Part shown: positions 14,041 to 32,851 of the stretch, one piece after another
How the letters are laid out: every line of letters begins with the position of its first letter
Position numbering within the stretch: position 1 is the first letter of the stretch
DNA from: Eledone cirrhosa
Taxonomy: Eukaryota
NCBI GenBank assembly: GCA_964016885.1
Contig: OZ024742.1
Span: 159,340,001 to 159,404,000, forward strand
Direction of reading: 5' to 3'
Length of the DNA stretch: 64,000 nucleotides
The notes under the pieces: generated by a model
Told to the model about the DNA's origin: nothing
The model's input: the letters and a program-made list of their open reading frames with translations, nothing else
The model's database searches: none
Position numbers and translations under genes: made by a program

Positions 14041-14152
14041 ATGCTTATATTCAAACTCGCCCTACGGATTTGACTTGCTCAATACCTTGGACATTTTTAC
14101 CTACTAATATATATACATACATATATATATATATATATGTGTGTGTGTGTAT

Positions 14153-14253
<101 letters not shown>

Positions 14254-14255
14254 TA

Positions 14256-14336
14256 TACAAGGTCTCCCAAAAATATATATACACAGTTCAACAGGGTTCT
14301 AATAAATGTGTGTATACATTTTGGGGACACCCTGTA
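14256..14336. mobile_element. Tc1/mariner-type MITE; related copy at ~13405-13506
   Basis: TA-flanked imperfect TIRs (CAGGGTGTCCCCAAAA-like) and a shared TTCAACAG..TTCTAATAAAT interior. Confidence 0.65.
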
Positions 14337-14459
14337 TATATGTATATATATATATATATGTGTGTGTGTGTATCATTGCAGAACGAACCGCAGAAGAGTT
14401 CGACATGTTTCATTCAGTTATTGCTAGTTGATTAAAATATATGTATGTGTAATACATAA

Positions 14460-14499
<40 letters not shown>

Positions 14500-16052
14500 C
14501 ATACACACATTGCAAAGGAGTGAGTGGAGGTGGAGTGGGAATATATGAGTGAGAAAGCATTTTTCTTTTTTTTTCCGTGAGAAATTAGACGTTGTGAAAG
14601 AGTATCGGTGAATTAGGCAGTATCGGAAGAGGGCCGGACGCCTTGCTTTGACGCATAGAGTTACGGCCCTTGCCATTCTGAGTTCAAATCCCGCCGAAGT
14701 TAACTTTACCTTTCATCCTTACGGGGGTCGATAAAATAAAGTACCAGTAATACATTCGGTAATTGCTGGCCTTGTGCCAAAAGTAGAAACAATTATTATT
14801 TATCGAAAAAAAATTAATTATTCATAAGAGGAAGGACGCAGGCATGGTTGAGTGGTAAGAAGTTGACTTCGCAATCAAAAGGCTCCAAGTTTTGTCTTAC
14901 TATAATCCTTAAATCCAGTTTTAGAAAATGGCCCCAATCCTAACACCGAATAGTAGACACTTGCCCTAACTTTAAATCGAACGTTGACCGAATACATTAA
15001 TACGAACTAACCCCTTACTCTAAACCCTAACCCCTAACTTTAAATACTAGCCGTACTCCTAAGAACTAACCCTAACTCCAAACCCTAAACCTAAATATTA
15101 ATCTTAACCCTAGATACTACCCGAAACTCCAAACTCTTATCCTAATTCCAAATCTTAATTCCAAACCATAATATTTTTAAATCATATAAATTTGAAAACA
15201 TTTTCTGAAAATAAAGATCAAGAAATATGACATAAAGAAGGTCTGGGTGGAGCAGCCTATGGTAAATCTCCCTGGAAATATATTTATATATAACGATTGG
15301 TGGTAGGTAGGTTGGGAATCATCGGACTATCGCTAGATTTCACGAATTAGTCTCAACAGTTCAGACCAATTGAACATATGACAATCAAAACACACACACA
15401 CACACGCGCGCGCGCACAGAGTTTTTTAATAGTTAGTTATTATTTGGCTATCAAAACTATGTAGAGCCATGCTATGTTCCGTATGTTTTCAACCAGCCCA
15501 GGTCTTAATATCAGTAAAACAAAACATACGTTAGCAACACTAAGACATCACATTTGCTACCCTTTCTTATATTGACCAGGAGAAACGTGAGGTACTTTTT
15601 AGTATAAAGGTCGATGCCACCAGCTCTCTTCTTTTCAGTAAGTCATAGACTCTGATAGCAGCAACATTGGTTGTGGTCAACATCAGCCTAGAAATAGAAG
15701 CGGTTTCAGGCGGATTTGTATCAAATGAGTTAAGAATTAAAATGAAATAGTGGCATGCACTCCTGACAAGTAGCGTTACTCGTTACTTTTAGCCCAATCT
15801 AGCCACTACCAAATACATGTTGATGTCAAGTGTGGAAATGCAGTGAATACCAAATATAATATTAGGTGGTTCAGTAGATTCATGGTTTACTGAGATGAGA
15901 TTTTGGCTTTGCTTGATAAACAAGTCTGAAGAGCAGTTCGGACTGGAGTCAGGTCTATAGCATTAATATAGATCCTGAGCCACTCATCTGTTAAATAGTC
16001 CTATGTACAATCAGTAAAGACCTTAATGTAAACCTCGCTTTGTTTTCAGTAC

Positions 16053-16090
<38 letters not shown>

Positions 16091-16511
16091 TTGTATACAC
16101 ATACGTATATGCAGATATGCGTAAACGTATATACACATACTCGTACATGTACATATATGCACATATAGCAGATGAGATCATTCACTTTTCAAAGTGCCAG
16201 AAAGATTTCTCATGTCACAAAGTATTTTCACATGGCCATTATGTTTTTTTCGAAATCAACTGACAGATGGCGGCAGACAATGTTTGAGAAGGTCGAGCAA
16301 CAATCAAAATCTTTTTAAGTATTTTAGCTCCGACTTCGGTCTTTCTATCTATTCCATAATATCTGACACAAATTAAATAAACGATAACAATATATTAAGC
16401 AAGTTTCGATCGACAACTATGTCTTTCTGGTTGAACAGACGGCTTTGGGCTTTAGTAATTGAATTATGACGAAGCAATATATATATATATATATGTGTCT
16501 ATATATGCATA

Positions 16512-16553
<42 letters not shown>

Positions 16554-16583
16554 CATATATATATATAGGCAAGTGCATATATA

Positions 16584-16695
<112 letters not shown>

Positions 16696-17367
16696 CTTCG
16701 AGCATAGCTGTATACAGATATGTATGGGAATTTCGTATTTCCAAATAAAATACAGTATGTTTATAAATAAACATTTAGAAAGCCGTGGCTATGCAAAAAC
16801 ACCGGCAGCTATCGCCACCTGATGGTGTCCAGTAGAAGCAAGCGGGACCATCGTCAATGCATTTCGAACTGAACTGGTTCTCATCGGTACGATCCCTACG
16901 CCCGTTCTTGTAACTGCTGGACTTGAAAGCAGGCGAGAATATGTACTTTCTTCGACTGTGTAAATGAGGGGATTAATCTCATTTACATATAAAGCTGCAT
17001 AACTTGGCTCATATATATTATTCAAATGAAGATGTTCACATAATCAAAATATATGCTTTATTATATATATTTCGAAGGTACTGTGTTGTTTTTTCAGTAC
17101 ATCCTCGTCAGATAAAATATATGATTTGATATATGACATACCTCTACGTCTTGATAGTTCAATTCCTGTATTGGCATATATTTTAATTATGTGAATATCT
17201 TCATTTGTTAATATTTTGAATAATATTAAAAACTCCAGGAAAACTTAGCTGTTGAGTGCTTTTAATCTATTGTAAAACTGTATTCATTGAGTAATCAATG
17301 AACCATATTAATCTTTGGTATATATATCTTATATATATATATATGTGTATGTGTGTGTGTGTGTGTT

Positions 17368-17488
<121 letters not shown>

Positions 17489-17924
17489 TTATATATATAT
17501 ATAACCTTATATATGAAGAAGAAGAAGAAAACTGCTACATCATGTATGAACAAAAGACTGTTTAATATCGCCTGTTTTGTTTTTTTGTGGAACAACAACG
17601 CACATATTACATACACACATATACACCCATACATATATAACTTCACACGTAGATAGATAAATAGATACATACATACTTACATACATATACACATACATAC
17701 ACATACATACGTACATACATACATACATACATACATACATACATACATACATACATACATACATGCATACATACATACATACATACATACACACACACAT
17801 ACATACATATACATATCTTTACACATAGAGAGATTGATACATACATACATACATACATACATACACGCACGCACACATACATACATACATACATACATAC
17901 ATACATACATACATACATACATAC

Positions 17925-18499
17925 ATGGTGGCTGCCAACTCGTTTTCGAGTACGGCCACTACTTTATATCCATGTAGGAGAACTCCTACCGATGCGCTGA
18001 ACGAGTGTGACTTTTTAGTCCACCCAGCGACTTGAAAACTCTGGTACAAACACTACACTTGTGACAATTATTGACACATAGTGCTGGGCCCATGGTACCA
18101 TGTGACGACAAGTGCAAAGAGATCTCCAGATATAAAACAATGCCTGTGCCGTGAAGCTTTTATAGTGAGCAAAGGCACTGCACAAAGCCAGTCCCACTCT
18201 CTTAACCAAGATGATATTTACCAAAAAGAAGAACATGTCAACATCATTGGATACCATCAGAGTTGCAGGTGTTATATCAGAGTTTTCCTTCTCCTAGAAT
18301 TCTGCCTTGACAAAGGCTACGGGGTCATCTCTCCCGGTGATTTTGGATGGCTATTGACTCTTAAGAGCTCCTTTGCCCTTTGACAGGTTTTGTTTTTAGT
18401 CCTGCAGGATGTCCAAAGTCACCCTCCTCACCAAGAAACCTTGGTGGGGTTGCCAGTTTAGTCGCCAACGACCCGACCATGATACATGTTACCAGTAGC
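17925..18499 (-). mobile_element. Non-autonomous RTE-derived element (RTE-like 5' UTR joined to the last zinc finger and 3' end)
   Basis: Near-identical inverted copy at 63259-63849. The 3' part encodes CSVCTRVFKSLxGLKSH, like the RTE C-terminus, and ends GGCAGCCACCAT(GTAT)n. Confidence 0.8.
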
Positions 18500-18567
18500 A
18501 TACATACATACATACATACATACATACATACATACATACATACATACATACATACATACATACATAC

Positions 18568-19680
18568 AAGGAAGGTGGCCGGGGTCTAAAATCAATATTA
18601 ACAACATATGAGACCCGGATAGTAACACTGAAGCAACACCTTCAACAGAGGAAAAAGGTTGGCAACCATCTTTCCCAGGTTTATGAGCATGAAAAAAGAA
18701 ATATCATTAGAATAGCGACTGATCTGGAGGAGAGATATGGAATAAAGCCTGATATAAATCTCTCACCCAGAGAAATCGGAAGATCCTATTCAATGTTCAA
18801 ACAAGATAAAAAAATTGACCAATTTACAGAAAAAGTTGTGCATGGATACTTGAGGCGTAAAACACAGACCATAGAGGGGATAAACCACTCAAAAAGCCTG
18901 GCATGGAGTTCCGACAAGTTTATGACATCACACCTTGAGGGATATCTCTATGCAATACAGGAACAAGAACTCCCTACCAAATATCTGCTGCACAAAAGAG
19001 GAGGGCCAGCAGCTGACAATAAATGTAGGCTATGTAAAACAAAGATCGAGGATGTAAGCCACATTGTTGCCAGCTGCGAAAGAATGTCATCTCGCTACTA
19101 CCTCCCCATGAGACACGATGGGATAGCTAGAACCATCTGGAACGCACTTCGGAAAACAAAATTAACAACAAACGAGGAAGAATATATTGAGACAGATGGC
19201 ACTAAGGAATACTGGTGGAACCTGAAAATAAAAACTGCCACCAAATTAAAGCACAACCGGCCTGATATTGTAGTTTGGGACCACACATTGAAAACGTGTT
19301 CTGTTGTGGAGATCAGCTGCCCACTTGATGTAAACGTTGTCAGAAAAATACAGGAGAAGGAGGACATCTACGGACCATTGATGAGGAGTTTACAAATCCA
19401 GTATCCAAGATACACCTTTAGCTTCATACCCATCATTATTGGTGCTACGGGTTATATACCAACCCGCTTGGACCAAAGTATGACTGAACTTGGATTTGCG
19501 GACAAAAAGCGCAGCTCCCTAATTCATAGTCTACAAATGGCTGCGATAGCTGGCACCTTCAAAATTTGCAAAACATTCTTGCGATTCAAGGGATGATAAT
19601 TTCTTTTCTTTTACAACCTTGCCACCAGGAAGGTGGCCGGTCAAAAAAATATACTCGAAATTAAGAGAAAGAGAAAACAT
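18568..19680 (+). mobile_element. 5'-truncated R4/Dong-like LINE with restriction-like endonuclease (REL), adjoining (CATA)n
   Basis: ORF 18793-19596 has a CCHC finger (CRLC..EDVSHIVASC), RHD, the REL motif NRPDIVVWD..VVEISCP and FIPIIIGATG. It begins right after a (CATA)n tract. Confidence 0.85.
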
Positions 19681-20049
19681 ACGCATGAAATAAACAAAAT
19701 TGTTTTTTTCTCAACGCGTCACTGAAACTCTGGGTAATAAGCGTCGTTAGCGTGACAGCTTTTTAAACCTTTGATTCAACGGTTTTTTTTATTGCTGGTG
19801 TGGTTTTACTCTTACTATTTTTAACTTATCAGTCATTACCCTGTTTAACATTGACATAAAACCACTCAATAACAACTATTGAGCACATTCCTTTCCTTAA
19901 CCCTGTTAATACCAAATCACTGCAAACCTCTCCTGGTTCAACGATGCATGTATGAAACTGTAACACCTGACGTATTCGTAGAGGTGTTTTCATGACAGAG
20001 GGCGTGTTTTGGGGCAGTTTAAACGTGGCGGGGACCATTCCTCTCTAGG

Positions 20050-20227
20050 CAGTGCCGGATTTAGGACAAATGAGGTCTTGTGCTAGTTAAGTTATGAGGC
20101 CCCTTTGAACGTTTGACATTTGAAAAATTCATCGTAAAAATTTTGTTGGCAGGAAGATCCCCCCCCCCCCCTGCCAACAGAGCCCAGTGCTTAAACAAAC
20201 CTAAACACAATGGTAAATCCAGCACTG
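20050..20227. mobile_element. hAT-type MITE
   Basis: TIRs CAGTGCCGGATTTA / TAAATCCAGCACTG. Imperfect 8-bp TSD tctctagg / tctccaga. Confidence 0.6.
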
Positions 20228-20266
20228 TCTCCAGATTTCTTTCAGAGAAGGATAGAGGAGGTGGGA

Positions 20267-20321
<55 letters not shown>

Positions 20322-20420
20322 TGATATAGAAGAATCAACACCCAGTACTGGGTTGGTTTTTTTTTTATTTTTTATTGGTCTCGAAATGATGAAAAGTTGA
20401 CCTCGGTGTGTTTTGGACTC

Positions 20421-20495
20421 AACGTAAAGAGACCCAACGTAAAGAGACCCAACGTAAAGAGACCCAACGTAAAGAGACCCAACGTAAAGAGACCC
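20421..20495 (+). repeat. Five copies of a 15-bp tandem repeat AACGTAAAGAGACCC inside a SINE
   Basis: Direct inspection. Confidence 0.9.
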
Positions 20496-20899
20496 AACGA
20501 GTATCGCAAAGCATTCTGTTCAACGTTCCAATAACTTTGCCAATTCACTGCCTGCTTTTACGATAGAACGCTAATGACTGAAACCAGTAAAAGAGTGACT
20601 ATACGAATAGTATGCAACCTTATATAAGATCAACTGGTGCAACATTTATAGCATTGATATCAACGTTATACATATCTATTTCCATTTGAACTTAAACTAT
20701 CTAAACTTCCGCTCATCTCCAACCCTTCTCTCTCTCTCTCTCACTCTCTCTCTAACTCTACCCCTCTCTCTCTCTCATTCCCCACCACCACCACCTTAAC
20801 CTTCTGTTTTTCTTGTTGAAGACGACTCCACATGCATACATCTGTACCACTGTATTTTCTAAACAGCGATGCTTTTACAAAAGTTATAAATTCTTGTTA

Positions 20900-21200
20900 G
20901 TGAAAGAGCGTGAGTTAGTAATTAGGTGTGTTCGGCTCACGATCACAAGTTCGTGTGTTCGATTCCCGACTGTGCGTTGTCTCCTTGATCAAAATATTTT
21001 ATTTCGCGATGCTGGAGTCCCTTCAGTTGGCAACAATGGATTCGAAGGGTCAGCCTTGTCACATCATATAACATACTAAATCTCCCTGAGAACTACGTTA
21101 GGGATACAGATGTCTGTCGAATCCTCAGTCACTTGCACATAAATCTCAGGAACAAATTGTTCGGTTAATCGAATCAACTGGAACACTCGTTGTCAGAACT
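20900..21200 (+). mobile_element. A second type of tRNA-derived SINE (diverged); another SINE-like remnant at ~7590-7720 (-)
   Basis: tRNA-like head with a GTTCGATTCC B box, followed by a non-coding body. Confidence 0.5.
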
Positions 21201-21289
21201 ATGAGTTCCAATATATTCTTGCGCACACTCACACACGCACGCACGCACATACGCACACACACACGCACACACACACACACACACACACG

Positions 21290-21354
<65 letters not shown>

Positions 21355-21759
21355 CATTAACTAGGGTATGGCAAGCATGGAATGTATCATGGGCGCCACT
21401 TGGACTAGGAGCACGTTCTATTAAAGTCAAATAAGCCTCGTCAGAGAGTGAAAAAAGAAACTCCTTCATTTGTATGATCTGTCTCTATCATGGGTGAGAA
21501 CACTATGGTGGCTGGATCATTAACCCATATATATAAATTATTAGGCCCATAGGTAAAAATACAATGCTGGGCAATGATGCAATTTCCCTGCTTGCTATTG
21601 GCGCCATTTTCCCGAGTTATGCCACTGCACACACATACAGACACACACACACACATACACCGCATACACTCACACCCACACATGAGTGTGGGTGTTGGAT
21701 TTCTGTCCGTTCCAACGACGAGCGTTCCAGTTGTTCATTCAACAGAAGAGTCTGACCAT

Positions 21760-22258
21760 CACGGCCACCACCACCATCTTCACTACAACCACATCTCCGA
21801 CCACCTCCACCGCCATCAACACTACCACCTCCCTGACCACCACTACTACCAAAGCCACCACCACCACCACCCCAACCACAACCACCACCATCACCATAAG
21901 CACCTCTTTGACCACCACAACCACTAGCATCACCATAACCTCCTCCCTGACCATCATCACAACCACCACTACTACAAAAGCCACGAACACTACCACCTCT
22001 ATCACCACAACCATAACCACTACCACTACCACAACCATCACAACAACCACGACCACTACAACCACCTCCACCACAACCACCACAACACACCACCACCAAC
22101 GCCACTTCCACCACAACCACCTCTATCACTACCACAATCACCATAACCACCACCACTCCTACAACTACCCCTAGTACCATCACCATAAACACAAACAAAA
22201 CCACAACAGCCACCACAACCACCACTACCACCACCACCACCACCTCTACTACTACTAT

Positions 22259-22310
<52 letters not shown>
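21760..22310. repeat. Degenerate (ACC/ACT)n trinucleotide array
   Basis: Visible trinucleotide periodicity that produces the poly-T/H/V pseudo-ORFs. Confidence 0.9.
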
Positions 22311-22311
<1 letters not shown>

Positions 22312-22701
22312 GAACTAATATCTTACTCATATTACATGTGAACACTCTAATTTCCCAATTTCGGGTTCGGGTTGCCAGTTTCTTGGGTTAGTGTACTAAG
22401 AGAAAGAAAATCCTGCTCGGGTTTGTGTAATATTTGGTATAGAAACCAAACGGACTCACCCCCTGATCTGATCCGTATATGAGTGCGTTCGGTTGTTTGC
22501 TCTACCGCTCCAAGCAGGTGCAAATGTGTACGTGACTTTTTTTACTATTCATTTTTAAAGACTTGAAGGCAGTTTCCTAAAAAACAACAACAACAAGAAG
22601 ATAAAACAAAAGCAACAAGAAAAAACAAAGACAAAAATAAACAGCCACGCCGCTTCGTTCTGCTTACGTCACACGCACACACACAAACAGAGACATACGC
22701 A

Positions 22702-22761
<60 letters not shown>

Positions 22762-23020
22762 TATATAGATGTATACACAGCTTACAGGTGTAAAACAAAT
22801 GGAGTGTAAAAGCACCTTGACTTTTAACCTCTGGGAGAGAAGAACGTTAGTATTTTGTTACAGTGTACTAAGATGGCCTCTTCCACTGCTAAGTTCCTTA
22901 GTCGGCACATGCTGGGAATTTTCCTACCACAAAGAGTTGTTTCATCAGTTCTTTGATCCTATCTATCAGTTGATCTGTCCTTTTAGTTGATCTTTTATAA
23001 GATAGCTGGCCAGGTCTCTA

Positions 23021-23575
23021 TATAATGGTTTCTTATTTAGGCACAAGGCCAGCAATTTGGGGGGGGGGGGGGGGGGGGGGCTCGGGAAAGTCGATTAAAT
23101 CGATCTCCAGTACATTACTGGTACTTTATTTTATCGACCCCGTAAGGATGAAAGGCAAAGTTAACCTCGGCGGGATTTGAACTCAGATCATAAAGTGCCG
23201 TAATTCTCTGCTGAAAAGCATGGCGTCAGACCCCTCTACCGGTACTGCCAACCCCCCGCCCTCACTTCTCTATATATAATGGTTTCTTATATAGGCAGAA
23301 GGCCAGCAATTTTGGGGCGAGAGGAAAGTCGATAAAATCGACCCCAGTGCGTGACTGGTACTTTATTTACCGACCACGTAAGGATGAAAGGCAAAGTTAA
23401 ACTCGGCGGGATTTGAACTCAGATCATAAAGTGCCGTAATTCTCTGCTGAAAAGCATGGCGTCAGACCCCTCTACCGATACTGCCAACCTCCCGCCCTCA
23501 CTTCTCTATATATAATTGTTTCTACTTTTGGCACAAGACCATCAATTACCCAGTGCATTACTGGTACTTTATTTT
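23021..23575 (-). mobile_element. Two tandem SINE copies plus a SINE 3' tail
   Basis: Core GAGTTCAAATCCCGCCGAG..GCCTTTCATCCTTACG.GGTCG.TAAA.TAAAGTACCAG at ~23110-23185 and ~23350-23420. Tail only at 23515-23572. Confidence 0.85.
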
Positions 23576-23580
23576 TTTTT

Positions 23581-23700
23581 ACGCTTGCGGCACCTAGGGT
23601 TCCCAAGCGGTCACCCATCTATGTACTAACTAGGCTCGACGTTGCTTAACTTCGGTGATCGGACGAGAACCGGTGTTTTCAGCGTGATATGGCTGTAAAC
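23581..23700 (-). pseudogene. Full-length 5S rRNA retrocopy
   Basis: Minus strand reads GTTTACAGCCATATCACGCTGAAAACACCGGTTCTCGTCCGATCACCGAAGTTAAGCAACGTCGAGCC..TAGTACATAGATGGGTGACCGCTTGGGAA.. (120 nt). It is a solitary copy followed by an A-run rather than an oligo-T terminator. Confidence 0.9.
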
Positions 23701-23904
23701 TTCTCTATATATAATAATAGCAAGTCTGTAAAGATGCGCTTTCAAATTTTTTCGGTGGTTTGAAATAACAATGATATGCTTTAATTTGATTTTTTGTTTG
23801 TTTTCAATGATAAAACAAAAGTATATTTATTTATTTGTATGATTAAATGTTTTCACTTTCTTACTAATCATGCTTATGGAAGTAAATCTAATCCACATGC
23901 CACC

Positions 23905-25165
23905 ACCATAAATGAAAGTTAAGGGTCAGTCGTCCTTGTGGTCCTGGCCGACAGAATGGAGAAGGCAGTATCCCGGAGGACAATGAGAGACGCATTGGAA
24001 AAGCCACTCCACCTCGCCGGCATCACTCATGCCGACAGCCAACTCCCCTCTGATAGTAGTGACCAGGAATGTGGTTCGGGTGTCAAGAACACTGGAAGTC
24101 TCCACTACGACAGATTCAACCACAAAACGATCAAAAAGCGGCTGATACTTTGATAGTTTGCCCTCTTCGGCCTGGCGGGCAGCGAGGCCTGGGCTAGTAG
24201 CCGAACACAGCAGGTTGCCGCTAGAGAAGATGTCACAACATGTAACATCCCAGATGAGGGGCTTCTTTCGTTGAACGGGAAAATGTTCATGCCGTCTGGC
24301 TTTTGCCACCTCCTCGGTTTATTCCCGCTGGCAGGAGCTGGAAAAGGAAGCCTGCGCCATCCAGGCTATGCTTTCTGATCTCATTGAGAGCAGCAGGTTG
24401 TGAGAGGTGGCCAACACTATAACGGCATGAGAGTGGGTAGGGGTCGAAAAAATCCACAATGGGACCGCAGCGGCGTTTGTGACGCTCACAGATTTGGAAG
24501 GCAGGTCTCAGGGAAACACTGATGTATAAGCTGTCGCTGTCCAGCTGTGTGCCAGTCGAAAGTGGTGGTACTCTGTTGAGCCAGGCGCTAATGTGGGGTT
24601 GGGAGGCCGAGCGAAAACATGCCAGACGATGCTGATCAAGCCGGCGCACCAGCCTGTCTGAAGTCATGTTGCACTGCATGGCGTCCTATTTATTTTTTGG
24701 GGGGACTAGACGTCTACGGAAGGGAGAAGGGGATGGACGTCAGTATGGCAGAGGTCGTGCTGGTTCCATGTTGCGAGGACACGGTAAGAGGTTATCGACA
24801 AAAGAAAAGCCGGCAGGGCCAGTGAGACTGGAGACGGAGACTGAGGCCACCATATCTGACGGTTAATGTGGCCTGTTGCCATCGGGGGTTACATATCTCT
24901 TCAGCAGCCCGTCGGATGCAGGCGTCGAGATCTGTGAGAGGAGATGCTTGGCTGTAGCAAGGGGCACTGCGGCAGGTCGACAGGTGCTTCGCCGTAGCGA
25001 AGCAATTTATTAACAGAAGTATCGAGTGGGCGTCGATCAGATTCAGTCAGCTTGTCAGAGTTTCTAGCAGGCGAAGTCTGGACTTAAGGGTGGGGAAGAT
25101 GGCAGGCGGGAGGATCGGCGATCCGAGGATGAGGACGTCTTCTTTAGAGGTCACATGCATATGAT
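23905..25165 (-). mobile_element. Decayed CRE-like REL LINE fragment
   Basis: Minus ORFs 24287-24679 (SAWLNRVP..LDSDSLYISVSLR..C..PLSC) and 23926-24309 (LIWDVTC..AARQAEEGKLSKY..VVETSS), typical of the CRE-clade C-terminus. Confidence 0.75.
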
Positions 25166-25299
25166 GGAATAATGATGGCACATCAGAGTGGTACTTCATT
25201 TTATACATACATACATAAACAAACACATATACACATACATACATACATACATACATACATACATACATACATACATACATACATACATACATACATACA

Positions 25300-29545
<4,246 letters not shown>

Positions 29546-29681
29546 TCTATGTCCCCGCGCAAAAAAAAAAAAAAATCACTTATTGACACTTATACGTACG
29601 ACATACACACACGCGCATACATATGCGCGCACACAGCAACACTCATACATACAAACAAACACACACATGCTACTCTACTAA

Positions 29682-29742
<61 letters not shown>

Positions 29743-30413
29743 CCGTTATTACTGATACAAGATTACAAGATTATGTCAACTGTTGACTTTCAAGAGTTTG
29801 TATAGTTGAAGCCGATCGTACTACAGTCCAGTATTATTATAATTGCTTTACAGCATAGAGTCACGGCCCTCCACGCTCTGAGCTCAAATCCCGCCGAGGT
29901 CAACCTTGCCTTTCATCCCCACGGAGTCAACAAAAGAGAGTACCAGTGATGCGCTGGACCAGTCGCTGGATCCGTGCCAAAAGCAGAAAAATTATTATTA
30001 AAGTTGTTTTCTTAAGACCCGGTCGCTGGTGATGGTGATGGCGGCGGCGGTAGTAGTGGTGGTGGCAGTTGATGTTGTTGTGTGTGTGCGTGTGTGTGTG
30101 TTTTGTTATTTTGAGTTTGTTTTTTTCCCTCCTTTTTCTTTTTTTTATCTTTTGTCGCTGTTGTTGTTGTTGTTGTAAATGTTCATTTCAGTTCATTCTG
30201 AAGCTGTTGTTGCTGTAAACATTAGTGCCGGTGTTGTTGTTGTAGATGTTGGGGTTGAAATCTGGTCGTTTGACTGAGTGATGTATATACACACATATAA
30301 ATACATATATATATATATATACACATTCAATACAGAGTAGAGAGTTTGACAACAGGTCGATGACTTTAGTCTAGATAGGGTAATGACATGTGATACATAC
30401 ATACATACATACA

Positions 30414-30490
<77 letters not shown>

Positions 30491-30493
<3 letters not shown>

Positions 30494-31428
30494 TATTGAA
30501 GTTTCCGTTGAAAATTGAAAAAGTCATAGGAGAGAAGAGTGCTCTATGTAAGTTACAGAGCTAAATTTAATGTATAATAAACAAAACAATATAATTACCT
30601 CATTACCAGAGGTTTCCCGAATAAGACGAATACAAGAAACGTCCTCATTCGTTCGTTAGACAAGGCAATTTAAAACATAGTGAAATATTTGAAAAATCTC
30701 CTCAAGAAAGGCAAAAGTTTAACGGGCAAAAACATATATAAATAAAAGTAATGCAAGAGATATATAAAAAATAAAATAAGGAAATATAGTAATGGTATGT
30801 GTATAAATGTGTCTATATACACCTACAAATGTACATATGTGTGTATGTACAAATGCATGTGTATAGTGAAAAAATGTGTGCGTAAGTACATACATGAGGG
30901 CAAGCATATCAGTGTATGTGTGACCACAAATACGTATATAATATATGTTGAAAAAAGAAATTGTAAGATAATAGAGTTAGCGTACATACAGACTCAGGGA
31001 CTAAGGATTGAAATATATACACATACAAGTATGAAAGCACGCGTATAAACACACACACACGCGCGCAACCACATACATGCATGTGATATATACAGGGAAG
31101 GGAGTGTATCAGTCAAAGCAGTGTCAGGCTGAAGGTCGATTCATATATAAAAAAATATAAAATATGAAAATGAAAAAATGAAAAAATATATGAGAATAAA
31201 AAAATTAAATCAAAGAGAAAGTAAGTGGGAGGGGTAACACTAGAAAAAATAGAAAACATAGAGCTTCGTACACACACATATATATATACATACGTACAGA
31301 CAAAAGCACATACATGCGTACACATATACAAAAGCGCGCATACATACACACGAAGCACATATATATACATACATGTACATCTAATCACACGCACGCACGC
31401 GACCATATATATATATATACATATATAT

Positions 31429-31461
<33 letters not shown>

Positions 31462-32764
31462 CATATACACACATATATATAAGTATGTAAAAAACATAGA
31501 TATAAAAACACACATACACACACACATATACACATACACACGCATATACGAATGCATTCGTATACATATACAAACACGCATACACACACATGCACACTTA
31601 CACGCATACATACAATATAAAAACCAGCCGTATGAATAAATGAGTACAAATTATACGCAAGTAAACATACATAAAAGCGGCTGAGGGACAACAGAATATA
31701 TCTGGGTATTTTCTTATTGAGGATACTATAAGATCTTCAATAGAAACTGTGTCAAAATCAGCTACTCCTGCGGTCCCCCTATTAAATCTTATATCTTCAA
31801 TAAGAAAATACCCAGAGAACATCAAAGTTGCTCCTGTAGAGTCAAAAGTGAATGCCCATTACAAGGTAAATGCAACACCAAAATCATTGTATATGCGGCT
31901 AAAGTGACAACCACCAGCAACAACCTACCAGCCACCAGCGAACGATATGTGGGTATGACACAAGACAAATTCAAAACGCGTTATTACTCACATGTCGCAT
32001 CTTTCCGACATCCTGAAAAAAGATTTACAACAGCTCTGGCTAGCAGAATATGGGATTTGAAAGACCAAGGTATCCAATATAAATTAGATTGGTCAATTTT
32101 GAACCAATCTAAAGAATATGTAAGAGGAACAAGAAGATGCGCACTCTGCATAAGTGAAAAATATTGGATTTTACAGAACCTTAAATCATCAAAAACCTGC
32201 CTAAATGCAAAAACAGAAATTTTCACCAGTTGCCCACACATGAAATCACACTTGCTTTCCAGCTCATATAAACTTAACTCACTTTCAGATACTTATCCTC
32301 CATAAACTCTTGTTCTTCACTTTCCTTAACTTACCTTCTTTACAGACTTCTCTTTCTGATTTACTTTTATTTTTATTTTTAACTTTATTTTTACTTCACA
32401 TCCACCAGTGACCCCCCCCCCCTCTGCTTTTTGATTTACTTTATATCTTCACAATTTTACATATTTTACTTCCCCCTTTTCTTTCACTACCTGATAAAAC
32501 ATGTCACTTGCGTTTTCAACTCCAGATATATTCTGTTGTCCCTCAGCCGCTTTTATGTATGTTTACTTGCGTATAATTTGTACTCATTTATTCATACGGC
32601 TGGTTTTTATATTGTATGTATGCGTGTAAGTGTGCATATGTGTGTATGCGTGTTTGTATATGTATACGATACGAATGCATTCGTATGTGCGCGTGTATGT
32701 GTGTGTAAGTGTGTTTTTATATCTGTTTTTTACATACTTATGTATATATGTGTGTGTGTATATG

Positions 32765-32851
<87 letters not shown>

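Noticed and set aside
15430-16030. Unique-looking stretch as a host coding exon
   Set aside because: No sustained reading frame or recognisable motif on either strand.
21574-22345. His-, Thr-, Val- and Gly-rich ORFs resembling mucins or His-rich proteins
   Set aside because: Trinucleotide repeat open in several frames on both strands.
23581-23700. Functional 5S rRNA gene
   Set aside because: Solitary copy with no oligo-T terminator, an A-run fused to a SINE tail, and apparent substitutions.
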